Origin: Owenweeksia sp.
GTDB lineage: Bacteria; Bacteroidota; Bacteroidia; Flavobacteriales; Schleiferiaceae
DNA: 64,000 bases
Assembly: GCA_028285465.1 (NCBI GenBank)
Contig: JANQPD010000068.1
Span: forward strand, 7,458-71,457
Direction of reading: 5' to 3'
Within the stretch, counting starts at the first letter, position 1. Each line of letters starts with the position of its first letter. A program made the translations under genes and the position numbers. Below, piece after piece: positions 27,726 through 36,298 of this stretch. Under the pieces are notes generated by a model, which saw only the letters and a program-made list of their open reading frames with translations, did not search any database and had not been told where the DNA came from.

Positions 27726-28685
27726 ATGATCGTACACAGGCAACTCGACCCCAAAATCATCCTTTTTTATACCTGGAAGAATCTCCTGTATTCCTTTTTG
27801 CTGGCCACAGCCGTGTACCTGGTCAACACTCGTTTTGAGTGGTTCAGCTTAGCAATACCCAGCTATGCCATATCTGCCTTGGGCACCGCATTGGCTATTT
27901 TTCTGGCTTTTAAAAACAACCAGGCGTACGACCGCTGGTGGGAAGCCAGGAAGATCTGGGGCCTTTGTGTGAATTACAGCCGGGGCTGGGCACGACAAGT
28001 AACCACCCTGATCTTTACCGAACGGCAGGAGGAAGAGGCTGAAGTGCGTGCCTTTAAGCAACGGCTGGCCTACCGGCATGCAGCCTATGTACATGCATTA
28101 AGGGTGTTTTTAAGAAAACCTAACCAATACGGGCAGCATCACAAAGGAGAGTATATGGAAGCGGAGAACTCCTACCAGGATACCAAACCCTTACTTATCG
28201 AAAAGGAGTTTAAGGTGTTTTGCCAAAAAGACAATCCCCCGAATTACCTGAACCAGTTGCAGGGGCAGGATCTGCAAAGAGCACTGAGGAGGGGCTGGAT
28301 AAGCGAATTCCGCCTGGTGCAGATGGACCAGACCCTCATTGAGTTTAACAACATCCAGGGGCGCAGCGAACGCATTAAAAACACCCCTTTGCCCCGTCCT
28401 TACAGCTTCTTTTCCCGCATCTTTGTATTCATCTTCACCAGCCTGCTCCCTTTTGTTTTCGTGGGAAGCCTAGGATGGGGCAGCATACCTGTTTCCGTGC
28501 TGATATCCTTCGTATTTAACACCCTAGACCTGGTTGGTGAACGTACGGAAGATCCTTTCGAAAACAAACTGGACGATGTACCCATTACTTCCATAAGCGA
28601 AACCATAGAGCGGAACATAAGAGAGCAATTGGGCGAACGCGACCTGCCCGCCAAGTCTCCTCTCGTAGAAGGTATTGAATTTTAA
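27726..28685 (+). CDS. Bestrophin-family anion channel (YneE/UPF0187)
   Basis: 319 aa. The LAIFLAFKNNQAYDRWWEARKIWG motif is typical of bacterial bestrophins. Confidence 0.8.
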   Translation: MIVHRQLDPKIILFYTWKNLLYSFLLATAVYLVNTRFEWFSLAIPSYAISALGTALAIFLAFKNNQAYDRWWEARKIWGLCVNYSRGWARQVTTLIFTERQEEEAEVRAFKQRLAYRHAAYVHALRVFLRKPNQYGQHHKGEYMEAENSYQDTKPLLIEKEFKVFCQKDNPPNYLNQLQGQDLQRALRRGWISEFRLVQMDQTLIEFNNIQGRSERIKNTPLPRPYSFFSRIFVFIFTSLLPFVFVGSLGWGSIPVSVLISFVFNTLDLVGERTEDPFENKLDDVPITSISETIERNIREQLGERDLPAKSPLVEGIEF

Positions 28686-28702
28686 AACGAGACTTCTGCA
28701 AA

Positions 28703-30286
28703 GTGTACCTTTGCAAAAAGTCCACTTTGCAACACTCCCTTGATTTGGTTTGCTCTCCGGCAGAAGCCGCTCATAAAAGCCTCCTTAAAAAGCGCATTGC
28801 GCAAAAAGCAGGTGTTTCTGAAGCAGACGTTAACGGCTTTTACGTTCTCAAGAGGTCAATAGATGCTCGTTCGCGTAAGATCAAGGTCAACCTGTCGCTC
28901 AACGTATTTATTGGAGAACCCTTTAGGCCCAGGGAAATCCCTACGCCACCTTACCAAAATGTAACAAAGGGAAAACGCGTGCTCATTATCGGGTGTGGCC
29001 CTGCAGGTATGTTTGCCGCATTGCGCTGTATTGAACTGGGTTTAAAACCTATACTCATTGAACGCGGCAAGGATGTACAAAGCCGAAGACGCGACCTTAA
29101 AGCCATAAACCGGGATCACATTGTGCATGAAGATTCAAATTATTGTTTTGGCGAGGGAGGAGCAGGTACGTATAGTGACGGCAAGCTGTACACCCGCAGC
29201 AAGAAACGCGGTAACGTAAACCGTATCCTGAACCTCTTGGTGTACCATGGCGCTACACCCGAAATACTGGCCGATGCTCATCCGCATATTGGGACCAATA
29301 AATTGCCTAAAGTCGTGCAAAATTTGCGTGAAAGCATTCTCGCTTTTGGCGGGGAAATTCATTTCGAAACACGTATGGAAGACCTCATTTTAAAAGGCAG
29401 GCTTGTACGGGGCATTAAAACCCAAAAAGGAGAAGTTATTGAAGCCGAGGCACTCATCCTGGCTACCGGGCATTCTGCGAGGGACGTATTTGAACTCCTC
29501 TACAAAAAAGACATCCTCTTAGAGGCAAAGCCCTTCGCCATGGGGGTACGGGCCGAACACCCGCAGCGGATCATAGACCAGATCCAATACCATGGCTTTG
29601 AGCGGGGTGATCTTTTACCCGCTGCCAGCTACAAGTTGGTAGAACAGGTAGATGGCCGTGGGGTGTACTCTTTTTGTATGTGCCCCGGAGGCTTTATTGT
29701 ACCCGCAGCCACCGGCAGTAGTGAATTGGTAGTAAATGGCATGAGCCCGAGTAAAAGAGACAACAAATTTGCCAATAGCGGCATCGTAGTCGCTGTTGAA
29801 CTTGAAGATATGAAGCCTTATGCCCGCTATGGCCCCTTAGCCGGGATGTACTATCAAAAGGAAGTGGAAGAGAAAGTATGGCGGGCAGGCGGGGAAAACC
29901 AAACGGCTATAGCCCAGCGTATGCCCGACTTTTGCCAGAACAAACCTTCCCAACACCTGAATGAAAGCAGTTATATCCCCGGATTGGTTTCCGCTCCCTT
30001 ACAGGAAATACTACCAGACGCTATTGGGCAGCGCTTACAAAAGGCGTTTATAAAATTCGGGCAAAAGATGCCGGGCTATTACACCGCAGAAGCTAACCTC
30101 GTAGGCCTCGAAAGCCGCACCTCGAGCCCGGTGCGCATCCCCAGGAAACGGGATAGCTTGCAGCACCTGCATATAGAGAACCTTTTTCCCTGTGGAGAAG
30201 GGGCCGGCTATGCCGGGGGGATCGTTTCGGCAGGCATAGACGGAGAGCTTTGCGCGGAAGCGGTAGTGCGTTTTTTGCAACACTGA
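28703..30286 (+). CDS. FAD-dependent protein (COG2509-like NAD(P)/FAD-dependent oxidoreductase)
   Basis: Dinucleotide-binding motif VLIIGCGPAGMFAAL and KRSIDARSRK near the N-terminus. The start is uncertain: a TACCTTTG -7 box at 28706-28713 lies inside the track ORF, so the in-frame TTG at 28727 may be the real start. Confidence 0.75.
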   Translation: MYLCKKSTLQHSLDLVCSPAEAAHKSLLKKRIAQKAGVSEADVNGFYVLKRSIDARSRKIKVNLSLNVFIGEPFRPREIPTPPYQNVTKGKRVLIIGCGPAGMFAALRCIELGLKPILIERGKDVQSRRRDLKAINRDHIVHEDSNYCFGEGGAGTYSDGKLYTRSKKRGNVNRILNLLVYHGATPEILADAHPHIGTNKLPKVVQNLRESILAFGGEIHFETRMEDLILKGRLVRGIKTQKGEVIEAEALILATGHSARDVFELLYKKDILLEAKPFAMGVRAEHPQRIIDQIQYHGFERGDLLPAASYKLVEQVDGRGVYSFCMCPGGFIVPAATGSSELVVNGMSPSKRDNKFANSGIVVAVELEDMKPYARYGPLAGMYYQKEVEEKVWRAGGENQTAIAQRMPDFCQNKPSQHLNESSYIPGLVSAPLQEILPDAIGQRLQKAFIKFGQKMPGYYTAEANLVGLESRTSSPVRIPRKRDSLQHLHIENLFPCGEGAGYAGGIVSAGIDGELCAEAVVRFLQH

Positions 30287-30303
30287 GGCTTCTGTTATAC
30301 CGC

Positions 30304-30377
30304 CTATGGAAAAGTAAAACCGCATAGGATGCCTATATTCATTTGAATAAAGGCTTACCTTCACCCCGTTTCCATAG
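30304..30377 (+). promoter_or_regulatory. Nested inverted repeats in the corA-like leader
   Basis: CTATGGAAA (30304-30312) pairs with TTTCCATAG (30369-30377). These enclose the hairpin ATAGG-ATG-CCTAT (30324-30336). Confidence 0.25.
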
Positions 30378-30400
30378 TAAAATCCAAAGGATCGTCTGAT

Positions 30401-31465
30401 ATGGCACGCTATTTTAAAAAACGTACGGAGAACCGGGGTTTACCTCCCGGCAGCCTGGTGTTTATAGGTACCAAAAAAACAGAGCAGCCCACGGTAGAGT
30501 ATATCGCATATAATACGGAAGAATTAGCGGAGCGTGAATTTATTAAGATTGAAGATGTTCCGCGAAACGACCCGGAGCGCCTCCAATGGTATAACATAAC
30601 CGGGCTTGATGTAGTAGGTTTTATGCAGGATACACAACAACGCCTGAGCATTGCCCCGCTTGCCATGGAAGATGTTATGAATACCGGGCAACGCGCCAAA
30701 TTCGAAGAGTTTGACGATTTCGCCTTTATCACGTTAAAAATGCTCCAGTTCAATGAAGAAAGCATGCGCGTAGTTAGTGAGCAGGTAAGCTTTATTATAA
30801 AGGAAAGCATGCTCATTACCTTTCAGGAAGAAGCGGGAGATACCTTTGATGCCGTGCGCCACCGCTTGCGTAATGCCAAGGGAAACGTGCGAAAAATGGG
30901 TCCGGACTACCTGGCTTACGCGCTTTTGGATACTATCGTGGACAACTACATTTACCTCATTGAGAATTTAGGCGAAAAGATAGATGACCTGGAATTACGG
31001 GTACTCGATAAACCGAACGAAGAAGTACTCAACATGATCAATGCCTATAAAAGGGAATTGCATTTTGTGCTTAAAGTAGTAAAGCCGGTGAAAGAATTAA
31101 TGCTCAACCTCATCCGTTCGGATACGCCCTTCATCGGCAAGAAAAAAACCCTCCCCTTTTATAAAGACCTGCAGGGTTTGGTGGTGCACGCCATTGAATC
31201 CGTAGAAGCATACCGGATAGTACTCAGCGATTACATTCAGTTATACCACAGTACGCTCAGCACTAAAATGAACGACATTATGAAAGTGCTAACCATTTTC
31301 TCTGCCATCTTCATTCCCCTGGGTTTTTTGGCAGGTGTATACGGCACTAATTTTGAGCATTTACCGGAATTGCAATACCGCTACAGCTACTTTGTTTTTT
31401 GGGGTGTGGTAATCGCAGCTGCTATGGGTATGCTCTTTTACTTTAAACGAAAAGGCTGGTTATAG
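30401..31465 (+). CDS. CorA-family divalent cation transporter with atypical GTN motif
   Basis: 354 aa with two C-terminal TM helices. It has the CorA architecture, but the signature reads YGTNFEHLPEL (GGC ACT AAT at 31343-31351) instead of YGMNFxxMPEL. Confidence 0.8.
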   Translation: MARYFKKRTENRGLPPGSLVFIGTKKTEQPTVEYIAYNTEELAEREFIKIEDVPRNDPERLQWYNITGLDVVGFMQDTQQRLSIAPLAMEDVMNTGQRAKFEEFDDFAFITLKMLQFNEESMRVVSEQVSFIIKESMLITFQEEAGDTFDAVRHRLRNAKGNVRKMGPDYLAYALLDTIVDNYIYLIENLGEKIDDLELRVLDKPNEEVLNMINAYKRELHFVLKVVKPVKELMLNLIRSDTPFIGKKKTLPFYKDLQGLVVHAIESVEAYRIVLSDYIQLYHSTLSTKMNDIMKVLTIFSAIFIPLGFLAGVYGTNFEHLPELQYRYSYFVFWGVVIAAAMGMLFYFKRKGWL

Positions 31466-31861
31466 GTTTTTAGTGACAGGTTTAACGTGATATTCTATGT
31501 AAATCTGTTCACGAGGAATTCAGTTTAGAGGAAACCAAGCAATATTTGTATCCCTTCTTAGGAGGACAAAGACTTCGGGCATATTTCTCTTTTGAAACAC
31601 CTTTCGATACGATTTTCGTGTGACGAAAATCACTCAAGGTGACACTTTTTATTTTATTACACCGTAAAGTCAGCCTGAGTGAATGTTGCGAGGAATCGAG
31701 CAGCATTTGTATCGAAGGCTATTGTCTTGACCCTACTGTTTCTGAAGTGAAGTTTCAAAGAAAATTCGCACTTGCTTAAGGCACAATGGTTGAAAAGAGC
31801 AAAATGAAAGTTTCATGGCTTACACAGTATTGGTTTACATCGAACTTATATCAAGTTAAGT

Positions 31862-32572
31862 TCAGCTAACGTTCGTGTATACTGCCTGTACGTCATCGTC
31901 TTCGTCAATTTTTTCCAGCATTTTATCTATTTCCGCCATTTGTTCCTCCGTAAATTCCACGGGAGTAGTCGGGAAGCGCTGTAAAGTGGCCTTCCGGGTT
32001 TCAATCCCCGCCTCCTCCAATGCCTTGGAAAGCGTACCAAAATTGGTCCAGTCTCCATAAATGTATAGTGTATCGTCCTCTACATCTATTTCCTCTAAGC
32101 CCGCATCGATAAGCTCCAGTTCCAGTTCTTCGGTGTCGAGCTCTTCGGTCATCTCCACCTCAAACACCGCTTTGCGGTCAAACATAAACTCCAGGGAACC
32201 GTTGGGCACCACTCCTCCACCTGCTTTGTTAAAATACGATTTTACATTAGCCACCGTACGTGTGGTATTGTCTGTAGCGCATTCTACCATTACCAATACA
32301 CCATGTGGGCCTTTACCTTCATAGGTAATCTCGGTATAGTTGGTGGCATCGTTGCCTGCCGCCCGTTTTATGGCATTTTCAATGTTGTCTTTAGGCATGT
32401 TTTGCGCTTTGGCGTTTTGTATGGCCGTGCGCAGGGCTGAATTGGTATCCGGATCAAGGCCTCCTTCTTTGGCCGCCATTGTGATGGCCTTTGCCAAACG
32501 GGGAAACAAACGCGACATCTTACTCCACCTTTTTTCTTTAGCCGCCCGCCTGTATTCAAATGCTCTACCCAT
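31862..32572 (-). CDS. yebC: YebC/PmpR-family DNA-binding regulatory protein
   Basis: [17 protein letters not shown]-terminus (ATG 32570-32572) and [15 protein letters not shown] motif. Confidence 0.9.
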   Translation of the reverse strand: MGRAFEYRRAAKEKRWSKMSRLFPRLAKAITMAAKEGGLDPDTNSALRTAIQNAKAQNMPKDNIENAIKRAAGNDATNYTEITYEGKGPHGVLVMVECATDNTTRTVANVKSYFNKAGGGVVPNGSLEFMFDRKAVFEVEMTEELDTEELELELIDAGLEEIDVEDDTLYIYGDWTNFGTLSKALEEAGIETRKATLQRFPTTPVEFTEEQMAEIDKMLEKIDEDDDVQAVYTNVS

Positions 32573-32728
32573 AATATATTCTAGCTGTTTTTGGCCCACA
32601 AAAATATAAAGTGTTTCTTGCAAAAGGGATAATGCGGAAAAAAGAAGTATTTTTCACCCCAAAAGCAACTTTCACGCTTTTATATCCTTATAAGTAAACG
32701 TTTTAGCGAAAAACAAAACAGCCAAACA

Positions 32729-33457
32729 ATGTTGATGAACGAGAGAATTAAAAAGTTACGAAAGGATAACAAACTGTCTCAGGTAAAATTTGCCGATATG
32801 CTGGGCATCACGCAAAGTGTGGTTTCCCTGATAGAGTCCGGCCACTCTAATGTCTCCGTAGAAATACTCAAGCGCTTAAGCGAGAACTTTGGGGTAAGTG
32901 TAGATTGGTTGGTGTACGGCAAAGAAAAATATGTACGCTTGTCGCGCGACAATTCTTTTATTCCCCTGATCAACGTAGAGGCTAAGGCAGGCTATATTCA
33001 GAACCACCTGGATGATGAATTCATGGAAAAGCTGGATCTCTACAAAATACCTGGTTTTGAAAAGGGGGATCACCGGATCTTTGAAGTAGAAGGAGACAGC
33101 ATGATCCCCTCCATTTTGCCACGCGACTGGATCGTATGTAAGGGATCCGATCTTTCTGAGATCATTGAAGGCAGCCTTTGCGTAGTGGTTACTTCAAAAG
33201 ATATTGTAGTAAAGCGGATCTACCGGGACAAAAACAACCCTAAGGTAATCATCCTGAAGAGCGACAATGCGGATTACAACGACATGAGCATTCGCATTGC
33301 AGATGTGAAAGAACTCTGGGGGGTACAAGCCAAGATCACCAATAACTTTGTGAGCGCCTCTCTCGAGCAAACCAAACGTATGGACGACCTGGAACGCGAA
33401 CTAAAAGAAATAAAGAGTCAGCTGAGCGAATTGCTCAAAAGCATAAAGGGAAATTAA
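32729..33457 (+). CDS. XRE-type HTH + S24 peptidase repressor (CI-like / non-canonical LexA-like) with C-terminal coiled coil
   Basis: HTH region LSQVKFADMLGITQSVVSLIESG, a possible Ala-Gly cleavage site in VEAKAGY, Ser in EVEGDSMIP and Lys in IVVKRIY. The tail QTKRMDDLERELKEIKSQLSELLKSIKGN looks like a coiled coil. Confidence 0.8.
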   Translation: MLMNERIKKLRKDNKLSQVKFADMLGITQSVVSLIESGHSNVSVEILKRLSENFGVSVDWLVYGKEKYVRLSRDNSFIPLINVEAKAGYIQNHLDDEFMEKLDLYKIPGFEKGDHRIFEVEGDSMIPSILPRDWIVCKGSDLSEIIEGSLCVVVTSKDIVVKRIYRDKNNPKVIILKSDNADYNDMSIRIADVKELWGVQAKITNNFVSASLEQTKRMDDLERELKEIKSQLSELLKSIKGN

Positions 33458-33492
33458 GACTATTGAAAACCTGCCATGCCAGGAGAATGAAC

Positions 33493-33520
33493 AAAAAATC
33501 CCGCTTACAGCGGGATTTTT
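33493..33520. terminator. Bidirectional Rho-independent terminator
   Basis: AAAAAATCCCGCT-TAC-AGCGGGATTTTT lies between the convergent genes at 33457 and 33545. Confidence 0.8.
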
Positions 33521-33544
33521 GCATATACCGATCCGGCTCTTCAC

Positions 33545-34159
33545 TTACTCTGAGCCGGCAGCAAAACGCATGATCTCATCATCCAACGGAGATACATTAC
33601 TGGGGTAGTACGCAACCCATTGTCCGCTTTCATCAATTAAGAATTTGTTGAAATTCCAACTTACCGTTACGTCTTGCTTCCCATTCTCCTTTTTCTCGGT
33701 AAGCCATACGTACACCGGGTGTTTTCCCTCTCCCAGAACAGATGTTTTTGCCATCATTGGAAAACTGACGCCATAATTCTTCTGGCAAAAAGCACCTATC
33801 TCTTCGTTGGTCCCCGGCTCCTGGCCCCCAAAATCATTTGAAGGAAAGCCCACTACCACGAAGCCTTTTTCTTTATACGTATCGTACAATTCCTGTAACT
33901 GCGCATACTGCGGGGTATATCCGCATTCACTTGCGGTATTCACGATCAGGATGCGCTTCCCCTTCAGTTGGCTAAAGGAAAACTCGTCTCCCGAAAGGCC
34001 CGCGCTGCGCAATGCATGAAAACTGTTTTTGTCCATATCCATCGTTTTTTCCGTCTCCGTAGCTCGTCCAGTCGGAGTACCCTTATCTTGCTGTTTGGCA
34101 GAAGTACCACAAGCCCACGAAATGACCACGATCAGACCTAAAAAGAGTATTTTTCTCAT
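33545..34159 (-). CDS. Glutathione peroxidase (Cys-type), lipoprotein signal
   Basis: NTASECGYTPQY, FPSNDFGGQEPG and WNFNKFLID motifs. N-terminal VISWACGTS lipobox. Confidence 0.9.
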   Translation of the reverse strand: MRKILFLGLIVVISWACGTSAKQQDKGTPTGRATETEKTMDMDKNSFHALRSAGLSGDEFSFSQLKGKRILIVNTASECGYTPQYAQLQELYDTYKEKGFVVVGFPSNDFGGQEPGTNEEIGAFCQKNYGVSFPMMAKTSVLGEGKHPVYVWLTEKKENGKQDVTVSWNFNKFLIDESGQWVAYYPSNVSPLDDEIMRFAAGSE

Positions 34160-34277
34160 AATGTTAAAGTTTGTGGTAAAGGAACAACAAGAACACCTTT
34201 AAAGTTTCAAAAATTTGTAATCATTCTTTTTTATCGGGCATCATTTTTCATCGGGTACCTTAAAATCCGGTGTATCT

Positions 34278-34285
34278 TAAATTTG
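34278..34285 (+). promoter_or_regulatory. -7 promoter box TAAATTTG
   Basis: TAnnTTTG match ending 5 nt before the ATG at 34291. Confidence 0.35.
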
Positions 34286-34290
34286 CAGGA

Positions 34291-34947
34291 ATGTTCACAC
34301 AGGTATACCATATTTTCTCTTTAAGCATGCGGCTGGAATGGCGTAAGAAGCAAAGTTTTATAGCGCTTTTCCTGTATACCCTTACCACCACTTACCTCAG
34401 CTTTCTGGTGTTTAACGGGGATGTAAGCAAAGAAACCTGGAATGCTGTTTTTTGGATCGTTATGCTTTTTGCGGCCGTACAGGCAGCCTTTCGAAGCTTT
34501 GAAAACGAAGCCAGCAGGCGTTTCCTGCTTTACTATGGTTTGGTAAAACCCCAGGTACTGGTATTGGGAAAAACGCTTTACAATTTTATATACCTTCTGA
34601 GTATAGGCCTGTTTACCACGCTTATTTTTACGTTTTTACTGGGCAACGAAATTCACAACCTGGGCGCTTTTATGCTTTTGCTTTTCATTGCCAGTGCAGG
34701 GTTTTCGGCCATTCTCACATTTACAGCAGCTTTAGCTGCCAAGGCAGGAGACAACCCAGCCTTACCGGCTATTTTGAGTATTCCCCTGCTCTATCCGCAA
34801 GTGCTTACCCTGAGCCGCACCAGCATAAGGGCCTTAACGGGCTTTTCGTGGGAGTTTAACGCGCCGTACCTGTTGGTTTTGCTTATGATGGCTGGCATTA
34901 GCATAGCCCTGTCTTATCTCTTATTTGCCTACCTTTGGCGCGATTAA
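34291..34947 (+). CDS. ccmB: Heme exporter membrane protein CcmB
   Basis: About 218 aa and polytopic, first gene of the ccm cluster. ATG at 34291; the track ORF begins at a GTG at 34270. Confidence 0.7.
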   Translation: MFTQVYHIFSLSMRLEWRKKQSFIALFLYTLTTTYLSFLVFNGDVSKETWNAVFWIVMLFAAVQAAFRSFENEASRRFLLYYGLVKPQVLVLGKTLYNFIYLLSIGLFTTLIFTFLLGNEIHNLGAFMLLLFIASAGFSAILTFTAALAAKAGDNPALPAILSIPLLYPQVLTLSRTSIRALTGFSWEFNAPYLLVLLMMAGISIALSYLLFAYLWRD

Positions 34948-34956
34948 AATGACGGT

Positions 34957-35616
34957 ATGAAACAGCATTGGTGGAAGGTTTTAGGGGTTGTTTTGGTTTT
35001 CTACACCATCATTTGGGGATTCCTTGGTGAGGTGCCCGCCCGCTTCATTCTCAACGAAAGCATCCGGGCTACCTACTTTCATGTAACCATGTGGTTTTCG
35101 ATGATCATTTTGATGACCGCCTCCCTGGTATTTTCCATTCAGTATCTGTCTAAAGGCAACCGCCTGGCCGACCTGAAAGCAAAAGAAACGGCCAGCACCG
35201 GGGTGCTGTTTTCCATTATAGGGCTGGTTACAGGCAGCCTTTGGGCGCGTTTTACCTGGGGTGCTTTTTGGGTAAATGACGCCAAGCTAAATGGCACCGC
35301 CATCACCCTTCTTATTTATGCGGCTTACTTTGTACTCAGAGGATCGGTTGATGATCCTCAGAAAAAAGGACGCCTTGCCGGGGTATACAATATTTTTGCC
35401 TACGTTATGATGCTCGTATTCATCGGCATATTGCCCCGTATGACAGACAGTTTACATCCAGGAAACGGAGGGAACCCTGCGTTTGGTCAGTACGACATGG
35501 ACAGCCAGATGCGTATGGTTTTTTACCCGGCCGTTATTGGTTTTGCCCTTATTGGGGTATGGATCACCACCTTACGTATACGTATGCAAAAGCTAATCTG
35601 GAAAAAAGAGAACTAA
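34957..35616 (+). CDS. ccmC: Heme exporter protein CcmC
   Basis: 219 aa. Tryptophan-rich loop WARFTWGAFWVNDAKLNG (a degenerate WWD motif) and conserved His residues. Confidence 0.85.
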   Translation: MKQHWWKVLGVVLVFYTIIWGFLGEVPARFILNESIRATYFHVTMWFSMIILMTASLVFSIQYLSKGNRLADLKAKETASTGVLFSIIGLVTGSLWARFTWGAFWVNDAKLNGTAITLLIYAAYFVLRGSVDDPQKKGRLAGVYNIFAYVMMLVFIGILPRMTDSLHPGNGGNPAFGQYDMDSQMRMVFYPAVIGFALIGVWITTLRIRMQKLIWKKEN

Positions 35617-35838
35617 ATGCAGCAACTCCAAAAACTAAGCTTTACCCTCTTTGCCTTTTTACCAGGCATCCCGCTCCTGGCACAAATGAGAGAAAAGCCG
35701 GAAATGGCGGACCTGATGCGTAGCAATGGCAAGATTTATGTGGTGGTAGCCATTGCCGCCCTGGTATTCCTGGGCATTGTGTTATACCTGATCAATCTGG
35801 ACCGCAGGTTGAGAAAACTGGAAAAAGACGACAAATGA
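35617..35838 (+). CDS. ccmD: CcmD-like small membrane protein
   Basis: 73 aa with a single TM (YVVVAIAALVFLGIVLYLI) followed by a basic tail. Located between ccmC and ccmE. Confidence 0.55.
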   Translation: MQQLQKLSFTLFAFLPGIPLLAQMREKPEMADLMRSNGKIYVVVAIAALVFLGIVLYLINLDRRLRKLEKDDK

Positions 35839-36233
35839 AGAAGACACATCTCGCCATCATCATATTTATTGCAATAGCCGTAGGGGCTATTATCGTAACC
35901 ATGAGTGATGCCTCTACTTACGTGGGCTTTGAAGAAGCCTACAAAACACCGGGTACCAAGTATACGGTTATCGGCTACCTGGATAAGGAGGCCCCTATGC
36001 ATTACGATGCCCGCACTCAACGGTTTGAATTCACCGCCATCGATAAGGAAGGCAAACGCCAAAAGGTGGTGTACAACCAACCGAAACCACAGGATTTTGA
36101 ACGGAGTGAAGAAGTAACCATGAAGGGCTATGCCAGTGACAGCGGCTTCATTGCCGAGGAGATCCTGATGAAGTGCCCCTCTAAGTACAACGAACAAAAC
36201 GAAATAGCGGGTTACGGCACCTATACCGAGTAA
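35835..36233 (+). CDS. ccmE: Heme chaperone CcmE, CxxxY variant
   Basis: 132 aa with an N-terminal TM anchor. The C-terminal motif is LMKCPSKY, with Cys114 (TGC at 36174-36176) where canonical CcmE has the heme-binding His of LAKHDENY. Confidence 0.8.
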   Translation: MKKTHLAIIIFIAIAVGAIIVTMSDASTYVGFEEAYKTPGTKYTVIGYLDKEAPMHYDARTQRFEFTAIDKEGKRQKVVYNQPKPQDFERSEEVTMKGYASDSGFIAEEILMKCPSKYNEQNEIAGYGTYTE

Positions 36234-36298
36234 GCTTTGCTTCCTGTCGTTCAGCAATGGATAGAGGGAATAAGCTTAGGTAAAATCGAAAAGAAAAC

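Noticed and set aside
32061-32324. Serine-rich 87-aa ORF ([25 protein letters not shown]).
   Set aside because: It is the antisense reading of the acidic (E/D-rich) C-terminal half of yebC. It is a compositional artefact, not a gene.
32729-33457. The HTH-S24 repressor as a marker of a prophage.
   Set aside because: No integrase, terminase, capsid or other phage-like genes occur within about 10 kb on either side. The flanks are housekeeping genes with normal terminators.
33545-34159. A possible selenocysteine-type glutathione peroxidase.
   Set aside because: The ORF is uninterrupted and the active-site residue is an ordinary Cys (ASECG). No in-frame TGA was seen.
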